DNA of 64,000 nucleotides from Rathayibacter sp. VKM Ac-2760 (GTDB taxonomy: Bacteria; Actinomycetota; Actinomycetes; Actinomycetales; Microbacteriaceae), in the NCBI RefSeq assembly GCF_009834185.1, contig NZ_CP047173.1, positions 1,391,725 to 1,455,724 on the forward strand. The letters run 5' to 3'. Of the stretch, positions 1-8,706 are shown piece after piece (the first letter of the stretch is position 1; each line of letters begins with the position of its first letter). A model generated the notes under the pieces. It did not search any database and was not told where the DNA came from. It was given only the letters and a program-made list of their open reading frames with translations. The translations under genes and the position numbers were made by a program.

Positions 1-110
1 GCCGCGATCGGCGACTCCGTCGTCTCGCGACTCCGCTGACCCTCCTCTCCGGCCCCGCCCCCGGGCCGCCGCCACTCCAGGCCCGCACGCCACTCCAGGA
101 AGAACCCCTC

Positions 111-1217
111 ATGACCGACACCCTCCCCGCGCAGGACCTCGCCTTCGAGGTGACCGCCAACCCGCAGCCCCGTTCCGCCGAGGAGCGCGCGCGCATCCTC
201 GCCAACCCGGGCTTCGGCGTCCACTTCACCGACCACATGGTCGACATCGGCTGGTCGCGCGCCGGCGGCTGGCACACTCCGCGCGTCGAGCCGTACGGCC
301 CGATCTCGCTCGACCCCGCCGCGGCCGTGCTGCACTACGCGCAGGAGATCTTCGAGGGGATGAAGGCCTACCGCCACGCGGACGGCTCGATCTGGACCTT
401 CCGCCCCGAGGCGAACGCCGGCCGGCTGCAGCGCTCCGCCCGGCGACTCGCGCTGCCCGAGCTGCCGACCGAGCTGTTCGTCGAGTCGCTCCGGCAGCTG
501 ATCGCGGCCGACGGCGCCTGGGTGCCCTCCGAGCCGGAGACGAGCCTGTACCTGCGGCCGTTCATGTTCGCGCAGGAGGCGTTCCTCGGTGTGCGCGCGG
601 CCGAGCAGGTCGCGTACTACGTGATCGCGAGCCCGGCCGGCGCCTACTTCTCCGGCGGCGTCGCCCCGGTGTCGATCTGGCTGTCGACGTCCTTCGCCCG
701 CGCGGGCAAGGGCGGCACGGGAGCGGCGAAGACCGGCGGCAACTACGCCTCGTCGCTGCTGCCGCAGCAGGAGGCCTACCAGCACGGCTGCGCGCAGGTG
801 CTCTTCCTCGACTCGCAGGAGTCGCGCTGGATCGAGGAGCTCGGCGGCATGAACGTCGTGCTGGTCAAGAAGGACGGCACGCTCGTCACGCCGGAGTCGG
901 ACTCGATCCTCGAGGGGATCACACGCGACAGCGTGCTGCAGCTCGCCGAGGACCGCGGTCACCGCGTGGAGCGCCGCCAGGTGTCGATCGACGAGTGGCG
1001 CGACGGGGTCGAGTCCGGTGACGTCGTCGAGGTGTTCGCCTGCGGGACCGCGGCGGTCATCACCCCGATCGCCGAGCTCAAGGGCGACGGCTTCTCGGTA
1101 GGCCACGAGGGTGCGCCGGCCGGCGCGCTGACGATGTCGCTGCGCGAGGAGCTGACCGACATCCAGTACGGACGTCGCGAGGACACGCACGGCTGGATGA
1201 CGAGGTTGGACGCATGA
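111..1217 (+). CDS. ilvE: branched-chain amino acid aminotransferase
   Basis: 368-aa translation has a class IV aminotransferase fold and IlvE-like motifs (EIFEGMKAY, tandem Gly run, VFACGTAAVITPI). The stop overlaps the next start (ATGA). Confidence 0.9.
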   Translation: MTDTLPAQDLAFEVTANPQPRSAEERARILANPGFGVHFTDHMVDIGWSRAGGWHTPRVEPYGPISLDPAAAVLHYAQEIFEGMKAYRHADGSIWTFRPEANAGRLQRSARRLALPELPTELFVESLRQLIAADGAWVPSEPETSLYLRPFMFAQEAFLGVRAAEQVAYYVIASPAGAYFSGGVAPVSIWLSTSFARAGKGGTGAAKTGGNYASSLLPQQEAYQHGCAQVLFLDSQESRWIEELGGMNVVLVKKDGTLVTPESDSILEGITRDSVLQLAEDRGHRVERRQVSIDEWRDGVESGDVVEVFACGTAAVITPIAELKGDGFSVGHEGAPAGALTMSLREELTDIQYGRREDTHGWMTRLDA

Positions 1218-1999
1218 AGATCGCACGATTCGCCACGCAGCGCTCCGGGGACAACGGGGGAGCGATCCACTTCGGGATCCTGGACGAGGACGACCTGGTC
1301 GTGCTCGCCGGGGACCCGATGTTCGCGGGCTTCGAGACCACGGGGGAGCGGATCCCGCTCGCCGAGGCGAAGCTGCTCGCGCCGGTGATCCCGCGCTCGA
1401 AGGTGATCGGGATCGGCAAGAACTACTCCGACCATGCGGCCGAGATGGGCGGCGACGCTCCGGCCGAGCCGCTGATGTTCCTGAAGCCGAACACCTCCGT
1501 GATCGGGCCGGACGAGGCGATCGTGCTGCCCGAGGACAGCCAGCAGGTGGAGTTCGAGGGCGAGCTGGCCGTCGTGATCGGCGCGATCGCGCGGAACGTG
1601 CGCGCGGAGGACTACGAGGACGTGGTCTTCGGCTACACGATCGCGAACGACGTGACGGCGCGCGATCTGCAGAAGTCGGACGGGCAGTGGGCGCGGGCCA
1701 AGGGCTACGACACGTTCTGCCCGATCGGGCCGGTCATCGAGACCGAGTTCGTCTGGAACGAGAGCGCGCTCGAGACGCGGGTCAACGGGCGGCGGATGCA
1801 GTCCGGGAACACGGGCGACATGATCCACGGGGTGCCCGAGATCATCGCGTACGTCTCGCGGGTGTTCACTCTGCTGCCGGGCGACATCATCCTGACCGGG
1901 ACGCCGGCCGGCGTCGGTCCGATCGCGAACGGCGACACGGTCGCCATCGACATCGAGGGCATCGGCACGCTCTTCAGCCCGGTGGTGTCCCGGGCCTGA
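1214..1999 (+). CDS. fumarylacetoacetate hydrolase (FAH) family protein (2-keto-4-pentenoate hydratase-like)
   Basis: 261 aa with the FAH-family C-terminal domain signature (FEGELAVVIG...GYTIANDVTARD...ILTGTPAGVG). It is translationally coupled to ilvE. Confidence 0.85.
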   Translation: MKIARFATQRSGDNGGAIHFGILDEDDLVVLAGDPMFAGFETTGERIPLAEAKLLAPVIPRSKVIGIGKNYSDHAAEMGGDAPAEPLMFLKPNTSVIGPDEAIVLPEDSQQVEFEGELAVVIGAIARNVRAEDYEDVVFGYTIANDVTARDLQKSDGQWARAKGYDTFCPIGPVIETEFVWNESALETRVNGRRMQSGNTGDMIHGVPEIIAYVSRVFTLLPGDIILTGTPAGVGPIANGDTVAIDIEGIGTLFSPVVSRA

Positions 2000-2004
2000 C
2001 CCGT

Positions 2005-2080
2005 CTCGCGAGATGCCACTTGTGCGCGCTTTTCACGGCGTGTCGCGGGCACAAGTGGCATCTCGCGGGTGGGGGTCAGG
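2005..2080. repeat. palindromic REP-like element, family 1 copy 1 (CGCGAGATGCCACTTGTG...CACAAGTGGCATCTCGCG, then GGGTCAGG tail)
   Basis: Perfect inverted repeat of about 22 bp around an inner palindrome (CGACACGGCGTGTCG), directly after the FAH stop. Near-identical copies lie at 3995, 18133 and 58527. Confidence 0.85.
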
Positions 2081-2164
2081 TGTCGCAGCGGCGGGTGCTT
2101 CACCGTGCTCCCCGGAGCTGTCAAGCGGAGACGCTCGGCGGGGGTGGAGTCGTAGCGTCGAAGC

Positions 2165-3943
2165 ATGAGCTCGCCCCGCACGACCCGCAGCACCGAGACC
2201 ACCGCCACGAAGAAGAGCACCACGAAGAAGAGCACCACGAAGACGTCCGCCACGAAGAAGATCACCACCGCGAAGTCCGCCATGGCGAAGAAGAGCACCG
2301 CGACGAAGAGCACCCGCAGCACCGTCGATCGCATCGCCCGCGAGGACTTCGGCTGGACGTCGCTGCTGCCGGGGCAGCGCGAGGCCATCGAGTCGGCCGC
2401 CGCAGGGCGGGACACGCTGCTCGTGCTCGCGACGGGCGGCGGCAAGTCCGCGGTGTACCAGATCGCCGGTGCCGAGCGCGGGGGCGTCGTCCTCGTCGTC
2501 TCTCCGCTCGTCGCGCTCCAGGCCGACCAGCTCGCCTCGATCGGGGCCGCGCCGGCCGCGCCGCCCGCCGTCGCCGTCAACTCCGCCCAGGGCACCGCCG
2601 CCGTCGCGCGGGCCTGGGAGCGCATCGACGAGGGCGGCCCGCTGTACGTGCTGCTCGCTCCGGAGCAGCTGGCCAAGGAGGAGAACGTCGCGCGCCTCGC
2701 TGCGGCCGGCGTCTCGCTCCTGGTCGTCGACGAGGCGCACTGCGTCTCCTCCTGGGGCCACGACTTCCGCCCGGACTACCTGCGGCTGAAGGACGTCCGC
2801 AGCGCGCTGGGCGATCCGCCCGTGCTCGCGATGACCGCGACCGCCTCCCGACCGGTGCGCGAGGAGATCATCGAGCGCCTCGGCATGACCGACCCCGAGG
2901 TGCAGGTGCACGGGGTCGACCGCCCCGAGATCCGCCTCGTGGTGCACCGCCACGAGAGCGAGAACGAGAAGCGCACGGCCGTCGCCGAGGAGGCCCGCAG
3001 CTGGACGGCTCCCGGGCTGGTCTACGTGGCCACGCGCAAGGAGACCGAGACCTACGCGGCGGAGATCGCCGCCGAGGGCCGCTCCGTCGCGGCGTACCAC
3101 GCGGGGCTCAAGACGAGCGAGCGGCGCGACGTGCACCGGCAGTGGCGCGACGGCGAGCTGGACGTCGTGGTCGCGACCTCCGCCTTCGGGATGGGGATCG
3201 ACCGCGGCGACGTGCGCTTCGTGCTGCACGCGACGACGTCCGAGTCGCTCGATGCGTACTACCAGGAGATCGGGCGCGCCGGTCGCGACAGCGAGCCCGC
3301 GACGGCCGCACTGCACTACCGGCTCGAGGACCTGGGACTGCGGCGCTTCTTCGCGAAGCGCCGGGTCGAGCCGGCCGCGCTGCGGGTGGTGTGGGCGGCC
3401 GTGTCCGACAGGCCGGGCGTGCAGGTCGACGAGCTGGCGGAGGCGCTGGGCAAGTCGCCGCGCACCGTCGCGCGGCTGGTCAACGACCTGGCCGAGGCCG
3501 ACCTGCTCGAGACCGAGGGCGGCCTGCGGGCCGTCAGCGACGCGAGCGGCGACGCCGCCGTGCGCGCGGTGAAGGAGGAGCTCGCCTCGCGCGAGCGGAT
3601 CGCCGAATCGCGGCTGTCGATGATGCGCGCCTACGCCGAGACCTCGCAGTGCCGGCGGCGCGTGCTGCTCGACTACTTCGGCGTCGAGGGCCCGGAGTGG
3701 TGCGGCAACTGCGACGGCTGCGAGCGGCACGAGGCACGGCAGGAGGCGGCACAGGACGCTCCCGCCGATGCTCCGCTGAGCGTGGACGAGACGGTCGAGC
3801 ACCGCGCATGGGGCGCCGGCACCGTGATGAGCGTGGAGGACGACCGCGCGACGATCTTCTTCGAGACGGAGGGCTACAAGGTGCTGTCGTTCGCGGCGCT
3901 GGAGTCCGGAGTGCTGCGGGAGCGGGAGGCCGTCTCGGCGTAG
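2165..3943 (+). CDS. recQ: RecQ-family ATP-dependent DNA helicase with Lys/Thr-rich histone-like N-terminal tail
   Basis: DEAH box (LLVVDEAHCVSSWGHDFRPDY), helicase C motifs and a RecQ zinc-binding Cys cluster (CRRRVLLDYFG...CGNCDGC). The N-terminal 55 aa are KKSTT-type low-complexity repeats. Confidence 0.9.
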   Translation: MSSPRTTRSTETTATKKSTTKKSTTKTSATKKITTAKSAMAKKSTATKSTRSTVDRIAREDFGWTSLLPGQREAIESAAAGRDTLLVLATGGGKSAVYQIAGAERGGVVLVVSPLVALQADQLASIGAAPAAPPAVAVNSAQGTAAVARAWERIDEGGPLYVLLAPEQLAKEENVARLAAAGVSLLVVDEAHCVSSWGHDFRPDYLRLKDVRSALGDPPVLAMTATASRPVREEIIERLGMTDPEVQVHGVDRPEIRLVVHRHESENEKRTAVAEEARSWTAPGLVYVATRKETETYAAEIAAEGRSVAAYHAGLKTSERRDVHRQWRDGELDVVVATSAFGMGIDRGDVRFVLHATTSESLDAYYQEIGRAGRDSEPATAALHYRLEDLGLRRFFAKRRVEPAALRVVWAAVSDRPGVQVDELAEALGKSPRTVARLVNDLAEADLLETEGGLRAVSDASGDAAVRAVKEELASRERIAESRLSMMRAYAETSQCRRRVLLDYFGVEGPEWCGNCDGCERHEARQEAAQDAPADAPLSVDETVEHRAWGAGTVMSVEDDRATIFFETEGYKVLSFAALESGVLREREAVSA

Positions 3944-3994
3944 AGGCGGGGTCTCGAGACGCCGTCCTGCGGACGGCTGCTCGACCGGCAAGGC

Positions 3995-4073
3995 CACTCC
4001 GCGAGATGCCACTTGTGAGCGGGCGACACGGCGTGTCGCGCTCACAAGTGGCATCTCGCGGGAGGGGGTCAGG
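3995..4073. repeat. palindromic REP-like element, family 1 copy 2
   Basis: Same 22-bp arms and inner palindrome as copy 1. It lies between the convergent recQ and DUF2795 3' ends. Confidence 0.85.
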
Positions 4074-4260
4074 CCTGGGAGACGGCGGAGCTCACGTCGG
4101 TGGGCTTGTCGTAGTCGCCCTCGGGGATCGCGCGGAGGGCGTCGAGGACGTCGGCGCCGGCGCCCTGCTTCTCGGCGGCCTCGACGATGGTGTCCTTCGA
4201 GGCCGGGTAGTCGATCCCGGAGAGGTGCTTCTGGATCTCGATCGGGGTGGGTACAGCCAT
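4069..4260 (-). CDS. DUF2795-family small conserved protein
   Basis: 63-aa ORF (MAVPTPIEIQKHLSGIDYPASKDTIVEAAEKQGAGADVLDALRAIPEGDYDKPTDVSSAVSQA) with good codon bias. It is hidden inside a 541-aa shadow ORF in the track. Confidence 0.7.
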   Translation of the reverse strand: MAVPTPIEIQKHLSGIDYPASKDTIVEAAEKQGAGADVLDALRAIPEGDYDKPTDVSSAVSQA

Positions 4261-4325
4261 GGTGCTGTCCTTTCGTGGTGGTGCGGGGAGTGCTCCTCGG
4301 CGAGGAGCACGACGGAGCGAGCCGC

Positions 4326-5801
4326 TCAGGGCGTCGACGACGAGCGGATGCGCTGGACCATCTCGCTCGTGGAGTGCTCGGAGACGTAGCCCACCGTGGT
4401 GACGGTGCCGCCGTAGGAGCGGACGACCACCGCCTCCGCGAGCATGTCGGGGGCGTAGTCGCCGCCCTTCACGTAGACGTCGGGCCGCACGCGCTCGAGC
4501 AGCGGGATCGGGGTGTCGCCGCTGAACAGGGTGACGTAGTCGACGCAGCCCAGCTCGGCGATCACGCCCGCGCGGTCGCCCTCGGGGTTGATCGGGCGGC
4601 CCTCGCCCTTCAGCCGGCGCACCGAGTCGTCGTCGTTGACCGCGACGACCAGCACGTCGCCGAGCTCGCGCGCCTGGCGGAGGTAGGCGGTGTGGCCGCG
4701 GTGCAGCACGTCGAAGCAGCCGTTGGTGAAGACGATGCGGCGGCCGCGACGGGCCTGCTCGGCGAGCACCTCGACGAGGCCGTCCTCGCCGAGCACCACG
4801 GCGCCGGGGGCGGCGAGCGAGGCGAGCAGATCGTCCGCGGTGCAGACGGAGGTGCCGGGGCGCTGGACGACGACGTCGGCCGCGGCCTGCGCCAGGTCGA
4901 CGGCGGTCGCGAGCGAGCGGCCGGCGGCGAGGGCGAGAGTCGCGGTGGCGGCGAAGGTGTCGCCGGCTCCGGAGGCCTGCTTCTCCTCCGCGGGCTGGGC
5001 GAAGGTGCGGCTGACCGTGCCGTCGGCGTCGAGCGCGGTCGAGCCGTCGCGGTCGAGAGTGACCACGACGTGCCGGGCGCCGGAGCGCTCGCGCAGGCGG
5101 CCAGCCGCGGCGCGGACGGCGGCGGCGCGCTCGGCGCCGCGGCCGAGCGGAGTGCCGAGGAGGCGCTCCGCCTCCTTCGCGTTCGGGGTGACCAGGTCGG
5201 GCGCCGCGAAGGCCCAGTCGGCGAGCTCGTGCGCATCGATCACGAGGAGTCCGGGGCGCTGCACGGCGAGCACGCGCTCGATCGCGGCGCGGAGGATCCC
5301 GGAACCGTAGTCGCAGACGAGCACGGCGTCGGCGCCGTCGGCCGCGCGGACGGCGGCCTCGGCGAGCTCGGTCAGCTCGGGGTCGGACGGGCGGTGCGGA
5401 CCGGAGTCGACGCGCAGCATCACGCTGTCGCCGCCGACGACGCGGGTCTTGATCGTGGTCGAGGCGTCGCTCCGGACGATCGCGCCGGTGTCCAGGCCGG
5501 CGCGCTCGAGCGCGGCGAGGAGGCGGTCGCCCTCGGCGTCGCGGCCGGCGACCCCGACCGTGCGCACCTCGGCGCCGAGCGCCCGCAGGTTCGCCGCGGT
5601 GTTGGCCGCACCGCCGGCGACATCGACGACGTCCTCGAGGCGCAGCACGGGCGCGGGCGCCTCGCGGGTGACCCGCTCGGCCTCGCCGAGCCACCAGGAG
5701 TCGAGGATGAGGTCGCCGACGACGGCGACGACCGGCGGCCGCTCGCGCACGTGCGCGACCAGCGCGCTCGCCCGCTGCAGCGCGGAGCCCTCGAGGCTCA
5801 T
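4326..5801 (-). CDS. hldE: bifunctional D-glycero-beta-D-manno-heptose-7-phosphate kinase / heptose-1-phosphate adenylyltransferase
   Basis: N-terminal pfkB-type sugar kinase domain (VVGDLILDSWW...GAGDTF) plus C-terminal cytidylyltransferase-like domain (FTNGCFDVLHRGHTAYL...VNDDDSVRRLKG). ATGA overlap with the upstream ALDH gene. Confidence 0.9.
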   Translation of the reverse strand: MSLEGSALQRASALVAHVRERPPVVAVVGDLILDSWWLGEAERVTREAPAPVLRLEDVVDVAGGAANTAANLRALGAEVRTVGVAGRDAEGDRLLAALERAGLDTGAIVRSDASTTIKTRVVGGDSVMLRVDSGPHRPSDPELTELAEAAVRAADGADAVLVCDYGSGILRAAIERVLAVQRPGLLVIDAHELADWAFAAPDLVTPNAKEAERLLGTPLGRGAERAAAVRAAAGRLRERSGARHVVVTLDRDGSTALDADGTVSRTFAQPAEEKQASGAGDTFAATATLALAAGRSLATAVDLAQAAADVVVQRPGTSVCTADDLLASLAAPGAVVLGEDGLVEVLAEQARRGRRIVFTNGCFDVLHRGHTAYLRQARELGDVLVVAVNDDDSVRRLKGEGRPINPEGDRAGVIAELGCVDYVTLFSGDTPIPLLERVRPDVYVKGGDYAPDMLAEAVVVRSYGGTVTTVGYVSEHSTSEMVQRIRSSSTP

Positions 5802-7150
5802 CGCGCGCCGCCGGGCAGGACGGGGAGGCCGAAGTGCACGACCGTGGTCGTGGTCATCTCGTCGAGCAGCTCCGGGCCGTAGCCGAAGCCCGAGCCGCTG
5901 GTGCCGCGCGGCTGCGCGCTGCCGCCGGGGGCGCCGCCGAAGACGCCGTTGATCTTGACGGTGCCGACGGGGAGGGTCGCCGCGGCGCGGTGCGCGTGCT
6001 CCATGTCGGCGGTGAGCACGGTGGCTGCGAGGCCGTAGGGGCCGGCGGCGGCGCGGGTGAGCGCCTCGTCGAAGGAGTCGACGACGAGGATCGGGGCGAC
6101 GGGGCCGAAGGTCTCCTCGGTCATCACCAGCATCTCGTCGGTGCAGTCGGCGAGGACGGTAGCGGGGTAGAAGGTGCCGTCGCCGGGGGTGCCGCCGGTG
6201 AGGGCGCGGGCGCCGTCGGCGACGGCGGCGGAGACGTGCTCGTGCACGGCGTCGCGCATCCGCTCGTCGACCAGGCGGGGGAGGGGGCCGGCGCTCCAGC
6301 GCTCGGCCTCGGCGACCAGGGCGGCGGTGAAGTCCTCGGCGACGTCGCGGTGCAGGTAGATCCGCTCGACGGAGGTGCAGATCTGGCCCGCGTTGGCGAA
6401 GGCGCCGAGGGCGGCCTGCTCGGCGGCCCAGACCGGGTCGACGTCGCGGTCGACGACGAGCGCGTCGTTGCCGCCGTTCTCGAGGATGGTGTGCGCGCCG
6501 GTGACGGCGGCGATGCGGGCGAGGGCGCGGCCGGTGGCGGTCGAGCCGACGTGCGCGAGGACGTCGACGCCCTCGGTGCGGGCGAGGGCGTCGCCCACGG
6601 CGCCGTCGCCCTCGACCAGGGTCAGCACGCCCTCGGGGAGCGCCTCGGCGAGGATCGAGGTGAAGAGCGCGCCGGTGCCGGGGCTGCGCTCGCTGGGCTT
6701 GTGCACGACGACGTCGCCGGAGACGATCGCGGCGCCGAGCATCCCGGCGGCGACGGCGACCGGGTCGTTCCAGGGGGTGAGCGCGAGGACGACTCCGCGC
6801 GGGTGCGGCAGGGCGAGGTCGACGTTCAGGGCGCCGCCGCGCAGGCTCCTGCCGCGGTGCAGCGGGCCGAGCTCGGCGTACTGCAGCAGGGTGTCGACGC
6901 CGGCGCGGACGCCGCCGAGGGCGTCGCCGGCGGGCTTGCCGGTCTCCTCGGTGTTGAGGTCGGCGAGCTCCTGCTCGCGGGCGGCCACAGCGTGGGCGGC
7001 GGCGCGCAGCAGGGCGCCGCGCTCGGCGGGAGCGGTGGCGGCCCAGGTGGGGAAGGCGGCGCGGGCGCGGGAGACGGCGTCGGCGGCGAGGTCGGCGGGG
7101 GCGCCGGTGGTGCCGGCGGCGGGGGTCGCGGTGTCGATGGTCACGGTCAC
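5798..7150 (-). CDS. aldehyde dehydrogenase family protein
   Basis: ALDH motifs (LTPWNDP, ELGGNDA, catalytic C in GQICTSVERIY). Start is uncertain: GTG near 7144-7150 with a GAGAGG RBS, or ATG at 7240 which would run into repeat A. Confidence 0.85.
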   Translation of the reverse strand: MTVTIDTATPAAGTTGAPADLAADAVSRARAAFPTWAATAPAERGALLRAAAHAVAAREQELADLNTEETGKPAGDALGGVRAGVDTLLQYAELGPLHRGRSLRGGALNVDLALPHPRGVVLALTPWNDPVAVAAGMLGAAIVSGDVVVHKPSERSPGTGALFTSILAEALPEGVLTLVEGDGAVGDALARTEGVDVLAHVGSTATGRALARIAAVTGAHTILENGGNDALVVDRDVDPVWAAEQAALGAFANAGQICTSVERIYLHRDVAEDFTAALVAEAERWSAGPLPRLVDERMRDAVHEHVSAAVADGARALTGGTPGDGTFYPATVLADCTDEMLVMTEETFGPVAPILVVDSFDEALTRAAAGPYGLAATVLTADMEHAHRAAATLPVGTVKINGVFGGAPGGSAQPRGTSGSGFGYGPELLDEMTTTTVVHFGLPVLPGGAR

Positions 7151-7237
7151 CTCTCGGTCGGAGGCGTCCGCAGGGGTCGCGGACGCTGATGCCCTCGTCC
7201 GATACCCGCGCGGCGGCGGCTCAAACGGATGGCTCGT

Positions 7238-7310
7238 CACAACATCAGCTGAGAAGGCGACTCATCGCCGATGAGCGATGAGCCCCCGATTCAGCTGATG
7301 TTCTGCGGCC
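7238..7310. repeat. palindromic element, family 2 copy A (ACAACATCAGCTGAGA ... TCAGCTGATGTTCTG)
   Basis: About 16-bp inverted arms around a loop that is itself palindromic (CTCATCGCCGATGAG). It lies between the GNAT/AIRS gene stop and the ALDH start. Four more copies lie elsewhere. Confidence 0.8.
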
Positions 7311-7320
7311 GCCGAGTGCG

Positions 7321-8706
7321 TCAGGCCGCGCCGAGGCGGGTGACGGCGGAGGTGATCGCCGGGGTGCTCGCGCCGTCGGGCCAGCGGAGGGTGACGCCCT
7401 CGCCGGGGACGACGCGGCCGATGGCGGCGGTGGCGCTGTGCGGGGTGCCCATCCGGGAGGCGCCGGGGCGGTCGGCGGTGAGCATCGCGAAGCCGGGGAA
7501 GCAGGAGAGCCAGTCGGCGAGGCCGGCGGCGGAGGGGCGGGGGATCGCGGCGACCTCGAGCTCGGCACCCGCCCCGGACGCCTCCGCGAGCATGCCGACG
7601 GTGCCGACGAGCCCGGCCATGCTGACGTCCTTCGCGCCGTCGGGAGCGCAGGCGCCGACGCTCGCAGCGAGGGCGCGGAGCACCTCCGGCGGGCGGCCGG
7701 AGGTCGAGTCCCACTGCAGTCCCGCGTAGCCCGGGCGCCACGCGCCGGAGAGGTCGGCGGTCAGGCTCAGCTGGTGTCCGATCGGGGCGCTGCCCGGGAC
7801 CGGGCGCGCGGTGCGGCCGAGGCCGGTGACCGAGAGCGCGGCGGGCACTCCGAGCTGGGTGTGGCCGCCGAGCAGTGGCACGCCCCAGGCCTCGCTGCCG
7901 GCGCGCAGGCCGCGGAGGATGCGGGCGGCGAAGGAGGCGTCCCGCGCGCCGACCGCGTCGAGCAGGCCGACCGGATCGGCGCCCATCGCGGTGAGGTCGT
8001 TGACGTTGACGAGCACCGAGCACCAGCCCGCCCACTCCGGGTCGCGCTCGACCATCGAGGGGACGATCGCGTCGCAGACGGCGACGAGGTCGGAGCCGGG
8101 GACGGGCGCGCCGTCGTCGCCGCGGAAGCCCGGGCCGCCGAGCTGGCCGGCGAACGCGTCGAGCAGCGGACCGAGGGCGGCCTTGGCCCCGCGAGCGAGG
8201 CGGTCGAAGCGGTCGATCGGCCAGCGCATCCGCACGTGCGGGACGCCGGCCACCTCCGCCGTGCCGAGGCGGTCCCAGCCGAGCCGGCGGAAGAGCACCT
8301 CGTTCTGGGTCTGCACCGTCGCCTCGAAGCGGAGCACGCCGCGCGCCTCGGCCTCGGCGCAGGCGGCCCGGACCAGCGCGGCACCGAGGCCGGCGCCGCC
8401 GCGGGCGCTGCGGCGGACGACCAGGCGACTGCCGGTCCACCAGCCCAGATCGTGCTCCAGCGCGGGCGCGATCCGCACGCCACCGAGCACGCCGTCGGCC
8501 GAGCGCGCGACCAGGACGACCGTGCGCGGATCCTCGTCGAGAGTGTCGCGGTCGTCGGCGTCGAAGAGGCCCTGCTCGGCGACGAAGACCTCGCGGCGCA
8601 GCGCCCGGTAGGCGGCCACCTCGGCCGGGTCCGCGACCACGACCACGAAGGCCTCGCGGGCAGCCGGCGCGACCGCGCGGACCCCCTCGAGGATCGAGAG
8701 CTGCAT
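7321..8706 (-). CDS. GNAT acetyltransferase / AIR-synthase-related fusion protein (MSMEG_0567-type)
   Basis: 461 aa. The N-terminal half is a GNAT acetyltransferase fold and the C-terminal half is an AIR-synthase-related (PurM-like) domain. ATGA overlap with the radical SAM gene. Confidence 0.85.
   Translation of the reverse strand: MQLSILEGVRAVAPAAREAFVVVVADPAEVAAYRALRREVFVAEQGLFDADDRDTLDEDPRTVVLVARSADGVLGGVRIAPALEHDLGWWTGSRLVVRRSARGGAGLGAALVRAACAEAEARGVLRFEATVQTQNEVLFRRLGWDRLGTAEVAGVPHVRMRWPIDRFDRLARGAKAALGPLLDAFAGQLGGPGFRGDDGAPVPGSDLVAVCDAIVPSMVERDPEWAGWCSVLVNVNDLTAMGADPVGLLDAVGARDASFAARILRGLRAGSEAWGVPLLGGHTQLGVPAALSVTGLGRTARPVPGSAPIGHQLSLTADLSGAWRPGYAGLQWDSTSGRPPEVLRALAASVGACAPDGAKDVSMAGLVGTVGMLAEASGAGAELEVAAIPRPSAAGLADWLSCFPGFAMLTADRPGASRMGTPHSATAAIGRVVPGEGVTLRWPDGASTPAITSAVTRLGAA

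Noticed and set aside
1-110. GCCACTCCAGG direct repeat upstream of ilvE, resembling the CCACTCC flank of family-1 elements
   Set aside because: It is too short (11 bp) and has no accompanying palindrome, so it is likely coincidental.
1687-4389. 900-aa and 673-aa ORFs (1687..4389 +, 2033..4054 -) spanning recQ
   Set aside because: They are Arg/Gly/Pro/Ala-rich shadow translations in alternative frames of high-GC DNA, with no domain signal. The in-frame recQ ORF has full helicase motifs.
4069-5882. 541-aa (4069..5694 -) and 535-aa (4275..5882 +) ORFs over the hldE region
   Set aside because: These are RRGRAR-type low-complexity junk. Only the last 63 codons of the minus ORF, from the internal Met, form the real DUF2795 gene. 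hldE in its own frame has clear kinase and adenylyltransferase motifs.
7271-7729. Conserved pseudo-peptides (MSDEPPIQLMFCGRR, MVDDERSQLTSCAAE, MVEEVRSRLMFCRRR, MADGDRSQPTFCAAR) starting in family-2 loops, as leader peptides or small proteins
   Set aside because: The conservation is explained by the conserved DNA palindrome itself (TCAGCTGATGTTCTGCGG always translates to QLMFCG). There is no RBS upstream of the loop ATG. The downstream translations are shadow ORFs. Translation cannot be excluded, but it is unsupported.
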